Shown here: piece by piece, positions 58,124 through 64,000 of the stretch | Layout: each line of letters opens with the position of its first letter | Position numbering within the stretch: position 1 is the first letter of the stretch | DNA from: Candidatus Cloacimonadales bacterium | GTDB lineage: Bacteria > Cloacimonadota > Cloacimonadia > Cloacimonadales > JAFGVF01 | NCBI GenBank assembly: GCA_963662585.1 | Contig: OY759729.1 | Coordinates: 3,136,001-3,200,000, forward strand | Direction: 5' to 3' | DNA: 64,000 nucleotides | Notes under the pieces: generated by a model | Told to the model about the DNA's origin: nothing | Database searches by the model: none | What the model saw: only the letters and a program-made list of their open reading frames with translations | Program-made: the position numbers and the translations under genes

Positions 58124-58703
58124 TGATTTAGAAATAATTAAAGAAAAGAGAATTATATTTAGAGTAGCTGAATTGAAACTTGAAAGTTCAACTATCAATG
58201 CCTTGTATGGAGAAGAGAAATCCGGCAAGAGTTTGTTAACAAGAACTATTCATGGATTATATTCTAACTTCAGAGGAATCATAGACTTTTACAACATAAG
58301 TAATAGTAAAATAAATTCTTATCTTATTACTAAAGATGTTCATCTACTTCAAAATGAAAGCGTAAATGATAATTTTTCCTTTAATGCTAAAGAGAACTTA
58401 GAATCAATAAGAGAGTATTCTTTTATCGCTGGTTTAGAAAATGATTTAGAAAGAAAAATCTCTGAGTTACCTCTATTTAAACAGAAGCTAGTTGAACTAT
58501 CCATCGGATGTGGATTAAAACCAGCTCTTTTAATTATCGATGACTTTGATAAGTGTTTTACAGCTAATAATCTTACTTTAAGTGGGAAACTTTTATCTAA
58601 ATTCAAAGTTGATAATGGGACTGTTCTGCTCACATCTAGACTTAAAATTCCTGAAATGGATTCTGTATATGAAATTGATGATAGTAAAGTGGTGCAGTTA
58701 TGA
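58110..58703 (+). CDS. Degenerate ABC-type ATP-binding protein
   Basis: Walker A GEEKSGKS and Walker B LLIIDD are present; no LSGGQ signature or H-loop His. Confidence 0.65.
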   Translation: MLQINDLEIIKEKRIIFRVAELKLESSTINALYGEEKSGKSLLTRTIHGLYSNFRGIIDFYNISNSKINSYLITKDVHLLQNESVNDNFSFNAKENLESIREYSFIAGLENDLERKISELPLFKQKLVELSIGCGLKPALLIIDDFDKCFTANNLTLSGKLLSKFKVDNGTVLLTSRLKIPEMDSVYEIDDSKVVQL

Positions 58704-59656
58704 AAAAAAGATTTCTACTCTTAAATACTGCTATCCTACTCATTTTCATAGTTAGTGGATTTGCCTACCATAATTATTCAAGATTGAAAGATGTCGCTGT
58801 CGGAAGTTTGGCTTTAAAGCAATTAGAAGAAAGAGAAGAGATTAGTTTAGAGAAAATATCATCTTTGCAACTATCTGTTTACAGCATTCAGGCTAACGAA
58901 CTTAGTCAAGTTAGAAAAGATATTATGGCAAAATTTCAAGAATCTGATTTTGAAAGTATTACTATTCAACCAAGAGCTGCATTTATAGATTCCTTATTAT
59001 TCGATAGCAAATTTAAACAATATATGAATAATTCTAATTTAACTAAATCAAATAAGTCCTTACTCAATAAAATGAAGCTGTATTTGCCAAATGAATTGCT
59101 TATTTCATTCTTAGCAAATAGCCAATCAATCAATCAGATTTTTTCTATTGAAGAGTATCTAACTGAAAATGGTTATAGTTATATCGGTGGCAGTAGTATT
59201 CCATCTGTAAAATCTCAAGTGAAACATTATTATTATGATAAAAACCTTTTCAATGATTTGGTTACCGAATTTGCTGCTATAGCACAAGAAAGAGATTTCT
59301 TACTAAAGCAAAGAGGCAATAATAAAATCATCGGCATTGCTCTAATGGGTTTTCTTTTTATTTTTATGACAACTCTTATTCAGCTATATGATTTTTATTT
59401 ATTAAATATCAATAGTGAAAAAATTAAATTCTTGCTTAAAGGTCATATTAATCCTAGAAAATACCAGAGATATATAGCTAAAATGAAATCTATTTCTTTA
59501 ATTTTGATTATTATAGTATGCATACTTGATTTTGCTCTCAAGCTTAGCTCCAAATTTAATATTAATCTAGATCAGAAGCTGCTTATTTTTATTAGCTTCA
59601 CCGCTTTAACTAATCTGTTAATATTCACTATTAAAAAAGAAAGGATAGATATATAA
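58700..59656 (+). CDS. Hypothetical membrane protein with FtsX-like topology
   Basis: One N-terminal TM, ~180-aa soluble domain, three C-terminal TMs; coupled to the ATPase-like gene. Confidence 0.55.
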   Translation: MKKRFLLLNTAILLIFIVSGFAYHNYSRLKDVAVGSLALKQLEEREEISLEKISSLQLSVYSIQANELSQVRKDIMAKFQESDFESITIQPRAAFIDSLLFDSKFKQYMNNSNLTKSNKSLLNKMKLYLPNELLISFLANSQSINQIFSIEEYLTENGYSYIGGSSIPSVKSQVKHYYYDKNLFNDLVTEFAAIAQERDFLLKQRGNNKIIGIALMGFLFIFMTTLIQLYDFYLLNINSEKIKFLLKGHINPRKYQRYIAKMKSISLILIIIVCILDFALKLSSKFNINLDQKLLIFISFTALTNLLIFTIKKERIDI

Positions 59657-60198
59657 TGATGAAACATATACCGAATATTCTTACCGTTCTGAGAGTTATT
59701 TTAGTACCATTCTTTATCTACTATTTTACTCAAGGTAATTTGATGTTAGCTTTTATTCTCTTTATAACTGCTTCTATTACAGATTACTTGGATGGTTTCC
59801 TTGCCCGAAAGTTTAAAGTAATTTCTAACTTTGGTAAAATAATGGACCCTTTAGCTGACAAACTATTAGTTCTCTCGGCTTTAGGACTTTTAACATTTGG
59901 ACAACATGGATATTTATCTGTGTGGATATTTGTAATTGTTACTTTAAGAGAAATCATAATAACAATTTTAAGAGATATTTATAAGAAAAAAAATATCTTT
60001 ATGGCTGCTAACAACTGGGGTAAAATAAAAACTGTAACTCAGATGGTTGGTTTAACAATCGCTTTGTTTCTTTTAGGTATAAACATAAATTTAGAAGAAT
60101 ATTCTTTATATCTAAATGTCTATTTCTGGGGAGTAGCTATTGTTACTATTCTTTCAGGAGCATCTTACCTCAAAAACCTAAAGGAACTTTTTAAATGA
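59656..60198 (+). CDS. pgsA: CDP-diacylglycerol--glycerol-3-phosphate 3-phosphatidyltransferase
   Basis: PNILTVLR, TDYLDGFLAR..FGKIMDPLADK, GKIKTVTQM. Confidence 0.94.
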   Translation: MMKHIPNILTVLRVILVPFFIYYFTQGNLMLAFILFITASITDYLDGFLARKFKVISNFGKIMDPLADKLLVLSALGLLTFGQHGYLSVWIFVIVTLREIIITILRDIYKKKNIFMAANNWGKIKTVTQMVGLTIALFLLGININLEEYSLYLNVYFWGVAIVTILSGASYLKNLKELFK

Positions 60199-61271
60199 AA
60201 CATGTGATTATCGCACTTCTAATTATGATATCTTTAGTAGCTTGCACTAAATCAGAAAAAGGCTACATGCCAATCGAGAATTTTACCGATAATAGTAAGC
60301 CAGTATCTTATGGTAATCATCAAGATGTGTATGTATTCTCTAATCAAGTATTGAGTAAAAACACTTTAAATATAATGGAAAAGCAATTTGGTTATCCTTT
60401 TGAAGGAGCCCAGAAAGAGAGAACTTTTGAACTAATATGGAAAAATTTTGATGATTTTGAAGACTTTAAGAAAGCTAAGAACCTTATCTTTATCTGTAAC
60501 TTAGATATTCAAGATGAATTTACTTCCTTTGTTAAAAGTAAGATAGCTCAAGAAAAGATAGATAAAGTCATGACCAGCTCTGCCAGCATGATAACATATC
60601 AAAATGAGTGGTCTGATGACCAGCTAGTTACTTTTATCTTAGCTCCTGATGAGATAAGAACTGAAGATATTATAATCGCTAAAATACCTAATCTCTATTT
60701 AGATTATGAAAAAAGATTCTTGCAAAGAATGACGAGAAGAGTATTCTATAGAGAAGGTTTAAATGGAAATAAATTCGCAGAATATAATTATAGTCTGCAA
60801 ATACCTTCCACTTTCCAACTCTACAAAGAGAACAAAGACGAAAATATGATTAGTTTTATCTATAGATATAAAAAGAAAGAAACTGTTCTTCCTGATAAAT
60901 TCGTTACTGTTTATCAAGAGCAGATGAATAATGATGATTTTGCTGCATCTTGGGTAAGAAGTAGTAGGGAAAAAATTAGTAAAGTTATCTTAGATGGTGA
61001 TCAAATTGATTGGAATAGAAGTAGATTGATGCCTAAGACTTTTAAAACATGGAATGGGAAAAGTTACTTAGGTTTCATTTTTGAAGGTGCATGGGAAAAT
61101 GACCAAACTAAAATGGGTGGTTCATTTAGAAGTTATGCAATTTATGATGATCAAGTTAAAACAGCATATTTTATTGATACTGCAGTTTATTATCCTGCTG
61201 GTACCAAAATACCATATCTTTTCGAATTAGAAGGTATTGCAAAGTCATTTAATATTAAGGAGAAGAAATGA
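60195..61271 (+). CDS. Lipoprotein, DUF4837-like
   Basis: Lipobox LVAC; W..DQLV, GAWEN...MGGSFRSY, YYPAGTK. Confidence 0.65.
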   Translation: MKHVIIALLIMISLVACTKSEKGYMPIENFTDNSKPVSYGNHQDVYVFSNQVLSKNTLNIMEKQFGYPFEGAQKERTFELIWKNFDDFEDFKKAKNLIFICNLDIQDEFTSFVKSKIAQEKIDKVMTSSASMITYQNEWSDDQLVTFILAPDEIRTEDIIIAKIPNLYLDYEKRFLQRMTRRVFYREGLNGNKFAEYNYSLQIPSTFQLYKENKDENMISFIYRYKKKETVLPDKFVTVYQEQMNNDDFAASWVRSSREKISKVILDGDQIDWNRSRLMPKTFKTWNGKSYLGFIFEGAWENDQTKMGGSFRSYAIYDDQVKTAYFIDTAVYYPAGTKIPYLFELEGIAKSFNIKEKK

Positions 61272-62038
61272 AAAAGGTTTATTTATTAGTAATTATTGTC
61301 TCGTTAGCTTCTGTATTAATGGGGATTTCTGAGTTTAAATCCATTACTAGTCCTACTGCAAGTGCTCTTACTAGGGGAGATTATAACTTCGAAACAAAAT
61401 TCTATGGCGATAGTAGCATGAGATTAACTTCTCATATAGGGCTTTTTGAAAGACTTTCAATAGGTTTCAGTTATGGTGCTGAGAACTTTGTTGGCAACCA
61501 AGAACCTGATTGGTATGATCATATTGATTTTAAAGCAAAGTTCCAAATCTTAAAAGAAACAGTTAATATTCCAGCTTTAAGTGTTGGTTTTGATTCCGAA
61601 GGACACGGCAAGTGGGTGGAACGCTATAATCGTTATGCGATGAAATCACCTGGTTTCTATGCTGTTATTGGGAAACAAGATCTTTTCTTAAGAGGTTCCC
61701 AGATAAATTTCGGAGTAAATAAATCTACAGAAAATGATGATGGTGATAAAGATTTAAACAGTTTTATTGCTATTGGTCAAAGTATCGGAGAGGACCTAAA
61801 TTTCACCTTAGAATATAATTTGGCTTTTAATGATAATTCTGAAAACTCTAGTAATGAGCTTGAGAAATATGGTGATGGCAGAGGTTATCTAAATTTATCT
61901 GCTGGTTGGTATATTGTTCCAGATTTGCAATTTAAATTCACTGTATTTGACTTATTCCGAAATGCACCAAACTTTGATTATAATGAAACTATAACTTTAG
62001 ATAGATCATTCCAAATTATCTATACTACTAAATTTTAA
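61268..62038 (+). CDS. YjbH-like outer-membrane beta-barrel protein
   Basis: Signal peptide, SPTASAL..G, PALSVGFDSEG, terminal YTTKF. Confidence 0.55.
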   Translation: MKKVYLLVIIVSLASVLMGISEFKSITSPTASALTRGDYNFETKFYGDSSMRLTSHIGLFERLSIGFSYGAENFVGNQEPDWYDHIDFKAKFQILKETVNIPALSVGFDSEGHGKWVERYNRYAMKSPGFYAVIGKQDLFLRGSQINFGVNKSTENDDGDKDLNSFIAIGQSIGEDLNFTLEYNLAFNDNSENSSNELEKYGDGRGYLNLSAGWYIVPDLQFKFTVFDLFRNAPNFDYNETITLDRSFQIIYTTKF

Positions 62039-62046
62039 GAGGTAAT

Positions 62047-62259
62047 ATGAAAAAGAGAATTACTGATAGACTGAACTTAAATAAAACAAATTATATTCTT
62101 CTCACAATAGCAATCGTAGTGATTATTATTGGTTATATTGTGATGCAGTATGGGGGAGATGATTTAGGTGATAAGACTATATCTCCTATCATCTTAACTG
62201 TTGGCTATATCGTGCTTGTTCCTTTAGCATTATTCTATAAAAAAAGAGAAGATGAATAG
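62047..62259 (+). CDS. Small two-TM protein, DUF3098-like
   Basis: KTNYILL..IIIGYIVM..ISPIILTVGY. Confidence 0.7.
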   Translation: MKKRITDRLNLNKTNYILLTIAIVVIIIGYIVMQYGGDDLGDKTISPIILTVGYIVLVPLALFYKKREDE

Positions 62260-63133
62260 TTTAATTACTGAAAAAGTAGCCAAAACACTTGATGCCTTTC
62301 ACTTAAATGTAAAAGAGATTGTGGAAGGCTTTATGGTTGGTTTACACAAATCTCCTTACCATGGATTTAGTGTAGAGTTTGCTGATTACCGTCAGTATAT
62401 TCCTGGTGATCAGATTAAGGATATCGACTGGAAGCAATATGCCAAAACAGATAGGTATTATGTCCGGAGATTTGAAGATGAAACTAATGTAAATGCTTAT
62501 ATCCTCGTAGATCATAGTAATTCGATGAGCTTCACATCGCACAATATCCACAAACTTGATTATGCTAAAACTTTAGCAGCAGCATTAACTTATCTAATAA
62601 ACAAACAAAATGATGCTGTCGGATTAGTCACTTACAATGAAGATATTTCCTATTGGCAGCCACCAAAAACAAATCAAGCCTTCATTGCTGGAATATATAA
62701 AAAGCTTTATGAACTTGATGCTGGGAATATGACTAATAGTATAAAGGTACTACATCATATTGCTGAAAAAATAAAGAAGAGAAGCTTAATTATTATAATA
62801 TCTGATTTGTTAGATGAAGCAGAAGAATTAATAAAGGGTTTTAAGCACTTTAGATATTTAAAGCATGATGTGATAGTATTTCATATTGTCGATGATCAAG
62901 AAGTTGAGTTTAACTATAAAAAAGAGACAATCTTTATTGATTCAGAAACTAAATCTGAGGTAAGGGTATTCCCTTGGCAAATAAGGGATAATTATCAAGC
63001 TAAATATAGTGATTTTTATCAGAATATCAAGGAACAATGCTCTTATGCAAAAATAGAGTTCGTTACTTTTACTAGCCAAACACCCCTAGAAGAGAATCTC
63101 CTAAAGTACTTAATTAAAAGAAGTAAGTTGTAA
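62252..63133 (+). CDS. DUF58 (vWA-like) domain protein
   Basis: GLHKSPYHGFSVEFADYRQY.PGD..IDWK, VDHSNSM, DAVGL, IISD. Confidence 0.92.
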   Translation: MNSLITEKVAKTLDAFHLNVKEIVEGFMVGLHKSPYHGFSVEFADYRQYIPGDQIKDIDWKQYAKTDRYYVRRFEDETNVNAYILVDHSNSMSFTSHNIHKLDYAKTLAAALTYLINKQNDAVGLVTYNEDISYWQPPKTNQAFIAGIYKKLYELDAGNMTNSIKVLHHIAEKIKKRSLIIIISDLLDEAEELIKGFKHFRYLKHDVIVFHIVDDQEVEFNYKKETIFIDSETKSEVRVFPWQIRDNYQAKYSDFYQNIKEQCSYAKIEFVTFTSQTPLEENLLKYLIKRSKL

Positions 63134-63168
63134 GATTAATCTTTTACTCTATAAGTAGAAATTAATGC

Positions 63169-63198
63169 TTGACAAATAATTAACTGATACTTAAGTTA
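63169..63198 (+). promoter_or_regulatory. Candidate promoter of the repressor gene with overlapping short inverted repeat
   Basis: TTGACA-17 nt-TAAGTT; taact-N8-agtta spans the spacer and -10. Confidence 0.4.
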
Positions 63199-63227
63199 GC
63201 TTTAATAATGAATAGGAGATTAAGATT

Positions 63228-63938
63228 ATGATAGGTGCAAGAATAAAAGATATTAGAAAAGCACGGAACATCAAACAGATTGAACTGGCAGGAAGATTAG
63301 ATTTAAAAGCTTCTGCTCTATCGCAGATGGAATCTGATAAAATTAAACCTTCAATAGATACAATGAATAAACTATGTAATTTGTATGGTATTAATTTACA
63401 CTGGCTAATCACAGGTAAAGGGAATATGCTGGTTGAAGGCTCTAAAGTAGAGGAAATTGATCATTTAGAGAAAGTTCTAGATAATCACATTCATAAAGTA
63501 ATTGAAGCAAAAATGAAGTTTTTCGATGATTCAATGATCACAATTCCTATTTCGGGTGAGATTTCCGCAGGTATCCCTATCGAAACAAAACATCAAGATT
63601 ATGGAGATGTGAAATTTAGTCGTGATCAGATTCATGGAAAAGCAGAAAATTACCTTTGCCTCAAGGTTAATGGTAGTTCAATGGAACCAGTTATCAAAGA
63701 TGGTGATGTTATATTGATAGAGAAATCTAACGACTGGGAAAGAAGTAATGGGAAGATTTGTGCGGTTAGACTTGATGGTGAAGTAACATTAAAGAAAATG
63801 AAACTTGACAAGATTAGTCGACAACTATTATTAATACCATTGAATGAAGGATTCGAAACAATTGTTGTTGAACCTGAAGATCATGCTGATTGTTCCTTAA
63901 TAGGAATAATGACATTTTTATACAGGAAGTTTGAATAG
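63228..63938 (+). CDS. XRE-family HTH repressor with S24 (LexA/CI-type) autopeptidase domain
   Basis: IGARIKDIRK..QIELA..LSQME..PS, WLITGKG; cleavage site SAG, catalytic GSSM and TLKK. Confidence 0.88.
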   Translation: MIGARIKDIRKARNIKQIELAGRLDLKASALSQMESDKIKPSIDTMNKLCNLYGINLHWLITGKGNMLVEGSKVEEIDHLEKVLDNHIHKVIEAKMKFFDDSMITIPISGEISAGIPIETKHQDYGDVKFSRDQIHGKAENYLCLKVNGSSMEPVIKDGDVILIEKSNDWERSNGKICAVRLDGEVTLKKMKLDKISRQLLLIPLNEGFETIVVEPEDHADCSLIGIMTFLYRKFE

Positions 63939-63949
63939 GAGAGTTAAAT

Positions 63950-64000
63950 ATGGCTAAAAGAGAGCTTACGCAAAAAGAGTTAAATAGTATATCTAAGAAT
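63950..64000 (+). CDS. Start of an unidentified CDS (runs off the window)
   Basis: RBS AGGAG then ATG; open to the window end (MAKRELTQKELNSISKN). Confidence 0.55.
   Translation, partial: MAKRELTQKELNSISKN

Noticed and set aside
1231..63412. Short (60-116 aa) antisense or alternate-frame ORFs in the track (e.g. 1231-1440, 8043-8261, 39525-39875, 50749-51036, 63191-63412)
   Set aside because: They mostly overlap well-supported genes and lack RBS or recognisable motifs; treated as shadow ORFs.
63228..63938. Canonical lexA
   Set aside because: The N-terminus is an XRE/HTH_3 domain, not the LexA winged helix, so no symbol was assigned.

Overview
AT-rich bacterial chromosome segment. It probably comes from an anaerobic amino-acid fermenter of the FCB group, most consistent with Ca. 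Cloacimonadota; this is an inference from the many secreted proteins ending in an 'NPFNPxTxI...IYNxKGQ...SGxY...KxxLxK' FlgD-Ig/T9SS-like C-terminal domain (CTD). The backbone is housekeeping: potDABC, pyrE, pdxA, rnhB, mgtE, tldD/pmbA, rsmA, uvrA, a DEAD helicase, surE-pcm, iorAB, tnaA, a CoA-transferase and ftsY-xseB-ispA-dut-nadA-pgsA. Interspersed are islands of CTD-bearing secreted proteins (six long ORFs plus one remnant). The most unusual element is a module that occurs twice (10.7-15.9 kb and 46.4-53.8 kb). Each copy has an ECF-type sigma factor with a long C-terminal extension, divergent from a short signal-peptide ORF with a conserved 'SQEFYQG[YF]RVVTW[DE]E' core. A conserved ECF-like promoter motif lies at identical spacing in both copies, and CTD proteins follow. 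Other notable signals are a ~530-bp homogenised CTD+palindrome repeat, a degenerate duplicate of the mgtE 5' end flanking a secreted hydrolase, a Y1 (IS200/RAYT-like) transposase inside 76-bp inverted repeats, several REP-like arrays, and two gene fusions (DUF2007-PyrE, PdxA-methyltransferase). No rRNA, tRNA or CRISPR array was recognised. All calls come from reading the sequence; no searches were run.
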